Part shown: positions 23,518 through 31,291 of the stretch, piece after piece
How the letters are laid out: each line of letters opens with the position of its first letter
How positions within the stretch are numbered: position 1 is the stretch's first letter
Assembly (NCBI GenBank): GCA_037131755.1
Contig: JBAXQJ010000005.1
Coordinates: 1-49,736 of the forward strand
Source of the DNA: a bacterium
GTDB taxonomy: Bacteria > Patescibacteriota > Minisyncoccia > Phycocordibacterales > GWA1-40-21
DNA: 49,736 nt
Direction of reading: 5' to 3'
Notes under the pieces: generated by a model
The model's database searches: none
The model's input: only the letters and a program-made list of their open reading frames with translations
Told to the model about the DNA's origin: nothing
Position numbers and translations under genes: made by a program

Positions 23518-24330
23518 ATGGAAATTGAAGCTAAAAAATCGCTGGGACAAAATTTTCTGAAGTCCGAAGGGGCACTCCGAAAAATAGTTGAGGCGGGGGA
23601 AATCAAGGATACTGATACCGTGCTCGAAATCGGGCCTGGCCTTGGCGCGCTCACCGAGAAAATCCTAGAAAAAGCTGGCCGAGTGGTGGTGGTTGAAAAA
23701 GATGACAGACTGATAAGTATTCTAAATGAAAAATTCAGCACCGATGTTACCGGCGGGAAACTTCAAATCATACATGCGGATATCTTGAATTTTGACCCCT
23801 CAATCTACAATATCCAATCTACTAACTACAAATTAATTGCCAACATTCCTTATTACATCACTGGCGAGATTTTCCGAAAATTTCTAGAAAGTGACAATCA
23901 GCCGAGCCAGATGGTCGTCTTAGTGCAAAAAGAGGTGGCCATCAGGGTGGTGGCGAGAGATGGCAAGGAAAGTCTGCTTTCCAATTCGATCAAATGTTTT
24001 GGTACACCCAGACTAGTAGATACCGTGCCAGCGGGAGCGTTTGTGCCGGCGCCAAAAGTGGATTCGGCCATCCTTGCCATAAATAATATCTCGAAGAAGT
24101 TTTTTGAAGAAAACAAGATATCACCGGAAAAGTTTTTCACAATCCTGCACTACGGCTTTGCCCATAAAAGGAAAATGCTCCTGGGAAATCTAAAAGAAGC
24201 CTTTTTGAAAGAGGGAAGGAGTGGTGTGGAAAATCTGCGGCAGATTTTCCACACCGCCGGCCTGTCAGAAAAAGTCCGAGCCGAGGATTTAACACTAAAA
24301 AACTGGGCTGAGCTCGTAAAACAATTTTAA
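23518..24330 (+). CDS. rsmA: 16S rRNA (adenine1518/1519-N6)-dimethyltransferase
   Basis: KSLGQNFL, LEIGPGLGALT, NIPYYIT. The ATG at 23518 lies 7 nt after TGcTAGTAT. The upstream part of the track ORF overlaps pcrA out of frame. Confidence 0.9.
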   Translation: MEIEAKKSLGQNFLKSEGALRKIVEAGEIKDTDTVLEIGPGLGALTEKILEKAGRVVVVEKDDRLISILNEKFSTDVTGGKLQIIHADILNFDPSIYNIQSTNYKLIANIPYYITGEIFRKFLESDNQPSQMVVLVQKEVAIRVVARDGKESLLSNSIKCFGTPRLVDTVPAGAFVPAPKVDSAILAINNISKKFFEENKISPEKFFTILHYGFAHKRKMLLGNLKEAFLKEGRSGVENLRQIFHTAGLSEKVRAEDLTLKNWAELVKQF

Positions 24331-24342
24331 CCAACTTTAGGA

Positions 24343-24377
24343 CAGTAAAAAACAGCCTTGTGGGCTGTTTTTTACTG
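24343..24377. terminator. Bidirectional terminator
   Basis: cagtaaaaaacagcc-ttgtg-ggctgttttttactg between the convergent rsmA and LamG-protein genes. Confidence 0.75.
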
Positions 24378-24382
24378 GAACA

Positions 24383-27061
24383 CTAGAACCAACTCTGCCA
24401 CATATTTCGATGTTTGGCAGTCGAAATACAGGTTCCGACTCCTCTTGTCCTCAAACTCCAACTTTCCACTCGACCAGCTGATTTGACTTCGGTGTTTCCG
24501 TAAGTAAACGAACTTAACTGTAATGCTCCAGGGGCAACCCTGATATCCTGGCTAGGTTTGCCGGCTTCTTGATCAGCTGTGGTGCACACTTCATCCCAAG
24601 CACCATTAGCAACACCAGCAAATACCATTGTTTTATCTTCAACTTTAGCCAAGGAAGTAACCATCAGGAAACCTTTATCAGTATTATAATAAGCAGCGTC
24701 TCTAGCTTCGATGGCTGTTGCCTCAGGATTTGGCTTCAACATTGAAACCGCTTTTTGTCCTGAACAAGCCTGGATCAAGACTTGGTAACGGCCATTGCTA
24801 CATTTGTTGACTTTCATAATCTGACCGGCAAACTGCACGCCGTAGTCTGGTTCATCTGGTTCTGGAGGAGGGACGGGGTACTCTTCACAAGGCTCGACCA
24901 CATCGTAGCCAGAGCTAGTATAATCGGCCGCGACGATAGTTGAGGTGGCGGTAGAATCATCGATCACTGAGAAACTTCCGCGCATCGTTCCATTATTGCT
25001 ATTGATTGAGATATCCGATACCGTACCATCGTCGAAAGTATAATACCCGATCAAGCCAGTCGCCCCTTTGGCCGAGCTCTTCATATCGGTTTTGATTTGG
25101 GCATCGGTGCGAGCCGTGTTCCACATCTTGATATCATCGAGCGAGCCGATAAAGCCGTTGCTATCCGCCGTGACCGATCCACAATATCGCGGATACATAT
25201 TCCCTAAATAGACATTGCTGGTTGGATTGGTCGAACCACTCGTGCCTGAACTGAGACCCAAAATCGAGTCGACAATGCTTTGGGCCGAACCGGAAGTCGA
25301 ACCGCCGAACAAGGAACTGCCGGAAGAGGTGGCTTGTGAGTAGAGTGTCCCGACTTCATTGGTGATTGATGACAACTTACTGATACTTGTCTTCTTATTG
25401 AATACCCCCCGTGGACCACTACACAAAGCAGTAGCATTAGTGGTCGAGGCTGTTGATGAACCAATAGTTGTATTGTAATCATACTTCACACCATTTACGT
25501 AAAGGCTCAATTTTTGTGCCAATTCATCAGCGACGACAGCGACATGAGTCCATTTATTTAATGGGACGGTCGAAGAACAAGTCCAAACCGAGGCATCATT
25601 GTTGCTGTAAACCAACTTACCATTATCAAGCGACAGGGCGTAATCAATATTCTTGCCGACATTTCCTTTGGAAATGATAACCGAGTCCTTGGTGCCGCTC
25701 ATACCGTTTGAAGTTCTCCAGGAAGTTGGTTTGACCCAAGCTTCCACGGTAATTTTGCTGTTAGTCTTTAGGCTATCAGTACCGGTAAGAGAAACAACGC
25801 CATTACCATCGGATGAGAAGAGGACTCGCTGTGCAATATCTGCTCCTGATTCGTTTGTGGATGAAGCGACATCGCTAAAGTCATCATAGGTTGGATCATT
25901 TGAGGTCTTGCCGGAAAAGATATTGGATAACGTACCATTACCATCAGCGTCAACCATATTTAGTTGAATATAATAAAGTGTATCTGGAGAAAGGTTAGGA
26001 ATAATCTGTTGGCGAACAACTTGCAAATCTTCGTAGGCCGCTCGATATGTCATGTCCATTGTTGTGCCATAACTAACAACGAGTTTCGCTAATTTATCAG
26101 TCGTGACTTTTATCATCAACTTGCTATAGCCGGGAATAAGCTGACTGTTCAAAATTTTTGGACCAAGATTATTCACGGCTGGGGCTGGGGTTGCACCGTC
26201 CACGTTGACAGTGACCGAATCGTTGACGGTTGTTCCATCTACTCCGCGACAGGTAATACTAAACACCCGACTTGCTGTCACTGGTGAAAAATTAACATTG
26301 CCGGCAATTTGTAGATTATTTGCCCCATCCGAACAAGCGCTTGTATTGATTGATGTCCAAGACAGAGAAACTGAAGAACCGGAATTCACAGAGACCGGAC
26401 CATCAGAACCATTAGCCTTGAGATCGACAGATGGTCGATTGGCAGAATTGGCGACGGCACCAGGACAATTCACTGCCGAAAGAGCCATGTTAGCTTTTTC
26501 CGGAGCAATGACACCGATATTCAAAAGTAGATTAACAAAAGAACAAATGGAAATACCATTGTCCGCTGGCTGAGCGACTGTTGTCGGCGCGACATAAGTC
26601 GTGACCGCGGCCCGGCTCTGAGGCAGACCGACTGAGTCGGAAGTGTTCATCACGCCAATCAATAGGTTCAATTTTGTTCTGGTGGCTTTGCCGACCGAAC
26701 CAGTACCTTTTGTGAGGCCGCTTGCCGTCAAAATCGCTTCGCGATATTTTTCTTGGAATTTGATGACAGCTGCTTTAGTGCCAGCGCCAAAATAGGTAGT
26801 TTCTTGGCCGCGCGAGCCGATACCGCTCAAGGAGATAGTAGTATCGACATCGGAATTCAAGACTTTTTGCAATTCTTTGACGTCCGGATCAGTATCGCCA
26901 AGCAGCAGATCTTTCTTAAAAGAAAAACCAGCCGTGACGACGCCCCGCAAGCTGCCAATGTTTTGCGCTTGGGAGACTTGGGGTAGGGCAAAGAAAAATG
27001 ATCCGATTCCCAAGAGCAAAGCGACCAATGAAACTGACGAAATTATTTTTTTAATAGACAT
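24383..27061 (-). CDS. Secreted PG-binding / Ig-like / LamG-domain giant surface protein (paralog 1)
   Basis: 892 aa. The order is signal peptide, PG_binding_1-like motif (DVKELQKVLN...YFGAGTKAAVIKFQEKY), Ig-like segment (VDLKANGSDGPVSV...LSWTS), LamG/ConA-like core (ITVEAWVKPTSWR...DYALSLDNGKLVYS...GSLDDIKMWNTART), S/T/G linker and a Cys-containing C-terminal domain. Confidence 0.85.
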   Translation of the reverse strand: MSIKKIISSVSLVALLLGIGSFFFALPQVSQAQNIGSLRGVVTAGFSFKKDLLLGDTDPDVKELQKVLNSDVDTTISLSGIGSRGQETTYFGAGTKAAVIKFQEKYREAILTASGLTKGTGSVGKATRTKLNLLIGVMNTSDSVGLPQSRAAVTTYVAPTTVAQPADNGISICSFVNLLLNIGVIAPEKANMALSAVNCPGAVANSANRPSVDLKANGSDGPVSVNSGSSVSLSWTSINTSACSDGANNLQIAGNVNFSPVTASRVFSITCRGVDGTTVNDSVTVNVDGATPAPAVNNLGPKILNSQLIPGYSKLMIKVTTDKLAKLVVSYGTTMDMTYRAAYEDLQVVRQQIIPNLSPDTLYYIQLNMVDADGNGTLSNIFSGKTSNDPTYDDFSDVASSTNESGADIAQRVLFSSDGNGVVSLTGTDSLKTNSKITVEAWVKPTSWRTSNGMSGTKDSVIISKGNVGKNIDYALSLDNGKLVYSNNDASVWTCSSTVPLNKWTHVAVVADELAQKLSLYVNGVKYDYNTTIGSSTASTTNATALCSGPRGVFNKKTSISKLSSITNEVGTLYSQATSSGSSLFGGSTSGSAQSIVDSILGLSSGTSGSTNPTSNVYLGNMYPRYCGSVTADSNGFIGSLDDIKMWNTARTDAQIKTDMKSSAKGATGLIGYYTFDDGTVSDISINSNNGTMRGSFSVIDDSTATSTIVAADYTSSGYDVVEPCEEYPVPPPEPDEPDYGVQFAGQIMKVNKCSNGRYQVLIQACSGQKAVSMLKPNPEATAIEARDAAYYNTDKGFLMVTSLAKVEDKTMVFAGVANGAWDEVCTTADQEAGKPSQDIRVAPGALQLSSFTYGNTEVKSAGRVESWSLRTRGVGTCISTAKHRNMWQSWF

Positions 27062-27062
27062 G

Positions 27063-27129
27063 ATTAATAATTATAGCGAGAACGAACCGGCGGTTTGAGC
27101 TCGCGGCTTTTAATGTGAATATTATATCA
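27063..27129 (-). promoter_or_regulatory. Conserved 52-nt leader plus extended -10 promoter (copy 1)
   Basis: 27063-27114 is identical to 29980-30031. On the minus strand TGATATAAT (27121-27129) lies 6 nt upstream of the conserved block. The block contains the hairpin GCGAG..AACCG-C-CGGTT..CTCGC and a second TATAAT 8 nt before the ATG. Confidence 0.55.
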
Positions 27130-27153
27130 TAGAACTTAGAACGTGGAACATAC

Positions 27154-27187
27154 AAAACCCCCGGTCGCTCACGCGACCGGGGGTTTT
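27154..27187 (-). terminator. Intrinsic terminator of LamG paralog 2
   Basis: aaaacccccggtcgc-tcac-gcgaccgggggtttt, a 15-bp perfect stem. Confidence 0.75.
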
Positions 27188-27218
27188 GTATGTTTGTTTT
27201 TTCTAAAATCTATTCCCG

Positions 27219-29978
27219 CTACCACCCAGCTTTTTCCATACCAGATCCAATAGCTGAACCAACACCGGCAACAGCAAGCCAAACAGCAGCAAGAGCTAAA
27301 CCACCACCGCCCAACGCTGCGACGGCAGCGGCACAAATAGGACAACCCACAACAAAGACTACCGCGACGACAACAACTACCGCAATCGTCTGCCATTGAT
27401 TTTTCTTCTTCGGCTTCATGCAGCTAATCGTCTCGATATTCCACTTTGTCGCCTTACCGGCAGCCGTCACTTGTTGACCGCCAGAGTTTGAGGAACAAGT
27501 ACTTTCACCACTAGCCGCCATAAGAGAAGTTCCCGAACCGGTATTGCCAACTACTGGTACTTTCATTCCTAAACCAGGCCAGAATTTCACCGCAATTGAA
27601 CCAGGGTTGAAATCGGCCGGAGTCTTGGAAGAAGAATTTGTCGAAGCGGTTGAAGTATACATATAAGAGGCTGGTCGATTCACCGCCGACACCACATCAG
27701 CTGGGGGATTGTCACAGGGCTGGATAATCGCTTCCTTGTATTGACCGCAAGACTGAACGCTTTTCACACTACCCTTGAAAGTAACTTCGTATTGATCAGT
27801 GGTACTGTCAGTTTCTTTTGGCATATAGCCGGCATCACAAGATTCTGGGAAATTCACATCACTACCCGCGACACCAGTGAGAGAGCCCTTGACCGCCGAT
27901 TTTGCGGTCGCATCTTCGATTATTTCTGACGTACCCTTGATCGCACCGTTGTTGCCATTACCCGTCATATCAGTCGCCAAACCATCATCAAAGGACCACT
28001 CGGCAACCAGGGCCGAAGCGCTTTGGCCAGCAACTGTGAAGGAAGCAGTGGTGGAAGTAGCCGTACTTGAAGACATATCGCTCACAATCTGGGTGGCCGT
28101 TCGAGCCGTATTCCAAATCTTCACATCATCGAGAGAACCAAGGAAACCATTGGTCTTGGTCGCATCCACATCACAAGCTTTGGGATAATAATTACCAATA
28201 TAGATATTGCTGGTATTAGAGACGGTACCACCTAGGCTGGTCCCAGTATTGGAACTAGTATTACCAGTGCTTGCGCTAGCGCCCCAACCACTGGAAGTAT
28301 TTGACGATGAACCCCAGCTACCGGTATTAGTATTGTTTGAACTAGTATTTCCAGACAACCAGCTATTTGAACCGCCGCTAGTACTGGTCGAAACGTATTC
28401 GGAGATCGAGTTAGACTTGTCGATTGAGGCTGCCTTGTTGAATACCCCACGGGTACCACCACAAAGGGTCGGGACGATCTTACCATCGACATACATATTC
28501 AAGATTCTGGTTGATTCATCGATCACGACCGCGACATTAGTCCATTTATTCAAGGATACGACCGGCGAACAAGACCAGGCCGCCGCATTATTGTTGCTAT
28601 AAACCAATTTTCCAGCATCCAAAGATAGGGCGTAATCCATATTTCCGCCAATATTGCCTTTAGAAATAATTACGGAATCATTGGTTCCAGCCAAGCCCGG
28701 AGTTGTGCGCCAAGCTGATGGCTTGACCCAAGCTTCAATAGTGACTTTGCTTTTGGTTTTCAAGCTATCTGACTCTTTAACTGAAACAATCCCCATACCA
28801 TCGGATGTATACAAGACTTTTTGGGTCAAACCGCCGTTTTCCGCCAGGGGAGTATCGGTTTGGAAGGTTTGTTCGTCAGTCAAGATACCCCGGCCGTTAG
28901 TATCAATGATAGCCAATTGAACATAATAGGTAGTATTTGGCTTCAAGTTCTTGATGGTAACTGAATGTGCGGTAGTTGTAGCTGTACCGGTGGCAACTTT
29001 GCTATCAGTAGCATTGGTTCGATATATCACTTGCATATTTGCCAAAACATCAGTTGTAGCAGTGATAGTTACATCTGTTCCACTGACCTGTGTATAAGAG
29101 TCTAAGATGTGAACGGTGGAGGAAGCTTGGATTTGCGCTGCACTCAACACAACATTCACTCCCACACTATCACTTACCGTACCACCAGAAGCTGTTTTAC
29201 AGTCTATACCATAATTTGCTGAGGTATTAACAACCACATCCTGGCTACCAGATAAAGATTTGGTGTTATTACCCGCTGAACACGAGGTCACATTGGCTGA
29301 TGTCCAAGAAAGAGTGATGGTGGCCCCAGGCGAGACAGAAACTGGACCATCTTGGCCATTCACCTTCAAATCAACCACCGAAGCTGAAGTCTGGGTCTGA
29401 GGTTGGGTCTGGTTATTTGGAATACAATTTACCGCCTGCAAGGCCAAAGTCGCCTTTTCCGGCGTAATCACATTGGAGACAATTAGGAGGTTCACAAACT
29501 GACAAATCTGCGAGCCGCTAGCTGTAGAACCCCCAGGAATAAGGCTATTTAGCTTAGTCCTAGTAGCTGGACCGACTTTACCGGTACCAGCCGAGAGGCT
29601 GTTTGGCGTCAAAATCTCGCTTCGATACTTTTCCTGGAATTTGATCACGGCTGCTTTGGTCGCCGGGCCAAAATAGTTAGATTCTTGGCCTTTTGAGCCA
29701 ATACCGGTAGGAGAAACGGCTGTATCAGTGCTGGCGTTTAGGAATTTTTGCAATTCCTTGACATCAGCATTGGTCTGACCAGACAGTAAATCATTTTGGA
29801 AGGTAAAACCGGTCGTGACTGAGCCTTGATAAGGATTGTTGGCCGGACTGGTTAAAGTCGTCGTCCCAACCGCTTGAGCGGAGGCTCGAGGAGTCAGAGC
29901 GGGATAGTAGGCAACAATCGAAACAAAAACAAAAATAAAGAGAATGGCCGAGCTAAAATATTTGTTATTAAATGACAT
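27219..29978 (-). CDS. PG-binding / Ig-like / LamG-domain giant surface protein with C-terminal membrane anchor (paralog 2)
   Basis: 919 aa with the same architecture as paralog 1 (DVKELQKFLN...YFGPATKAAVIKFQEKY; VTIEAWVKPSAWR...; GSLDDVKIWNTART). It adds a hydrophobic Gly/Ala/Val-rich C-terminus (TIAVVVVVAVVFVVGCPICAAAVAALGGGGLALAAVWLAVAGVG). Confidence 0.85.
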   Translation of the reverse strand: MSFNNKYFSSAILFIFVFVSIVAYYPALTPRASAQAVGTTTLTSPANNPYQGSVTTGFTFQNDLLSGQTNADVKELQKFLNASTDTAVSPTGIGSKGQESNYFGPATKAAVIKFQEKYRSEILTPNSLSAGTGKVGPATRTKLNSLIPGGSTASGSQICQFVNLLIVSNVITPEKATLALQAVNCIPNNQTQPQTQTSASVVDLKVNGQDGPVSVSPGATITLSWTSANVTSCSAGNNTKSLSGSQDVVVNTSANYGIDCKTASGGTVSDSVGVNVVLSAAQIQASSTVHILDSYTQVSGTDVTITATTDVLANMQVIYRTNATDSKVATGTATTTAHSVTIKNLKPNTTYYVQLAIIDTNGRGILTDEQTFQTDTPLAENGGLTQKVLYTSDGMGIVSVKESDSLKTKSKVTIEAWVKPSAWRTTPGLAGTNDSVIISKGNIGGNMDYALSLDAGKLVYSNNNAAAWSCSPVVSLNKWTNVAVVIDESTRILNMYVDGKIVPTLCGGTRGVFNKAASIDKSNSISEYVSTSTSGGSNSWLSGNTSSNNTNTGSWGSSSNTSSGWGASASTGNTSSNTGTSLGGTVSNTSNIYIGNYYPKACDVDATKTNGFLGSLDDVKIWNTARTATQIVSDMSSSTATSTTASFTVAGQSASALVAEWSFDDGLATDMTGNGNNGAIKGTSEIIEDATAKSAVKGSLTGVAGSDVNFPESCDAGYMPKETDSTTDQYEVTFKGSVKSVQSCGQYKEAIIQPCDNPPADVVSAVNRPASYMYTSTASTNSSSKTPADFNPGSIAVKFWPGLGMKVPVVGNTGSGTSLMAASGESTCSSNSGGQQVTAAGKATKWNIETISCMKPKKKNQWQTIAVVVVVAVVFVVGCPICAAAVAALGGGGLALAAVWLAVAGVGSAIGSGMEKAGW

Positions 29979-29979
29979 A

Positions 29980-30047
29980 ATTAATAATTATAGCGAGAAC
30001 GAACCGGCGGTTTGAGCTCGCGGCTTTTAATACTGATTATTGTATCA
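29980..30047 (-). promoter_or_regulatory. Conserved 52-nt leader plus extended -10 promoter (copy 2)
   Basis: 29980-30031 is identical to 27063-27114. On the minus strand TGATACAAT (30039-30047) lies 7 nt upstream of the block. Confidence 0.55.
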
Positions 30048-30126
30048 CATACAAATAGAACGTGAAGCTTCTTATTTCTGTCATCTTTACCTATTTCGCT
30101 CCGTCTTCACGAGAAGGCCTGGCGAC

Positions 30127-30183
30127 GAAGTGATCCAGGAATTAGAGTTCCTGGATTGCTTCACTTTGTTCGCAATGACAAAC
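30127..30183 (+). repeat. REP-like element, family GGATTGC-N-GCAATGACAAA
   Basis: 15-bp stem GAAGTGATCCAGGAA-ttagag-TTCCTGGATTGCTTC with two G:T pairs on the plus strand, followed by actttgttCGCAATGACAAAC. Confidence 0.65.
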
Positions 30184-30247
30184 GAAGACGATAATCAATT
30201 ATCAGGTTATTTTTCCCTAACACCTGATCCATGCTATAATTTCTACC

Positions 30248-31291
30248 ATGTTTAAAAAATATCTCCCTTCAAAAAAATTTATTATTGTCTTATCGTCCTT
30301 GGTTGTTGCTTTGATACTTATTTTTAGTTTCCAAGCAGCCACCGACTATCTTAAAAACAAGTCGGCTGTTCCAAATAATAAAAACCTCGCGCTCCAGACT
30401 TCTTTTAAAGAATTTATGGCCATCGACACCGATAAGGACGGCCTGCCAGACTGGGAAGAAGCCCTTTGGAAAACCGATCCGAAAAATCCGGACACCGATG
30501 GCGATGGAACATCAGATGGGGAAGAGGTAAAAGCCGGCCGGGATCCATTAAAAGCCAATACCGCCAAGGCCGGGCAGGAACCGAATGATAAAATCGATCC
30601 GCAAAAAATCGCCGCGGAAAAGAAAACCGTCCAAGAATATATTGATTTGTCAGCGACCGATAAACTGGCAAGAAGTTTGTTTTCTCAATACATCGCCACC
30701 AAAAAAGTCGGTCAAACAATGACCGAGAGCGACAAACAATATATCGTTCAGAATTTTATCGACAACCTGCCAAATCTGACTTACAAGGAATACACCCTCG
30801 GTGACCTTACGGTTCTTGGTACAAACACCACGGCGGAAGTCAAAAATTACGCCAACCAGGTCGCAGAAATACTATACAATAACTATCAAACAAAAACCGA
30901 TGACGTCTACACCATCATGTCGACTTATTTCAGCTCCGAAGATGCCGCCGCTCCAACTGCGCCCTTGCAAAAAATCCAGCCCATTATCGATAAAAATCTT
31001 AAAACAATCGCCAGCTTACTGAAAGTATCCGTACCAAACGAGGCAAAAAACGGCCACCTCTTGCTTGTAAACAGTTTCTATAAAATCACCCAGAATTTGC
31101 TGATATTGAGAGACGCCTCAAAAGACATTATGCTAACCCTATCTTCTTTGGAAAATTATGATGCCAATGTCACCAATCTTTCTTCGATATTGGATAATCT
31201 GGCCAACTACATCCAATCAAAGAAAATAAGTTTCGCTGCCACCGATTTTGGTTACAAATTATTTTATGATATAATTAATGGCAACAATTAA
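30248..31291 (+). CDS. Membrane-anchored protein with thrombospondin-type-3-like Ca-binding repeats
   Basis: 347 aa with an N-terminal TM and DTDKDGLPDWEE...DPKNPDTDGDGTSDGEE, followed by a helical domain of unknown family. TGcTATAAT ends 7 nt before the ATG. Confidence 0.7.
   Translation: MFKKYLPSKKFIIVLSSLVVALILIFSFQAATDYLKNKSAVPNNKNLALQTSFKEFMAIDTDKDGLPDWEEALWKTDPKNPDTDGDGTSDGEEVKAGRDPLKANTAKAGQEPNDKIDPQKIAAEKKTVQEYIDLSATDKLARSLFSQYIATKKVGQTMTESDKQYIVQNFIDNLPNLTYKEYTLGDLTVLGTNTTAEVKNYANQVAEILYNNYQTKTDDVYTIMSTYFSSEDAAAPTAPLQKIQPIIDKNLKTIASLLKVSVPNEAKNGHLLLVNSFYKITQNLLILRDASKDIMLTLSSLENYDANVTNLSSILDNLANYIQSKKISFAATDFGYKLFYDIINGNN

Noticed and set aside
27169-27399. Cys-rich 75-aa (-) and Ala/Thr/Pro-rich 69-aa (+) ORFs.
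   Set aside because: They are alternative frames of the GC-rich segment that encodes the Gly/Ala/Val membrane anchor of LamG paralog 2. They are composition artefacts.
24383-29978. Diversity-generating retroelement targeting the lectin-like proteins.
   Set aside because: No reverse transcriptase gene is present. No template/variable repeat pair with adenine-specific differences is visible in or near the two genes. The only near-identical DNA is the upstream leader.
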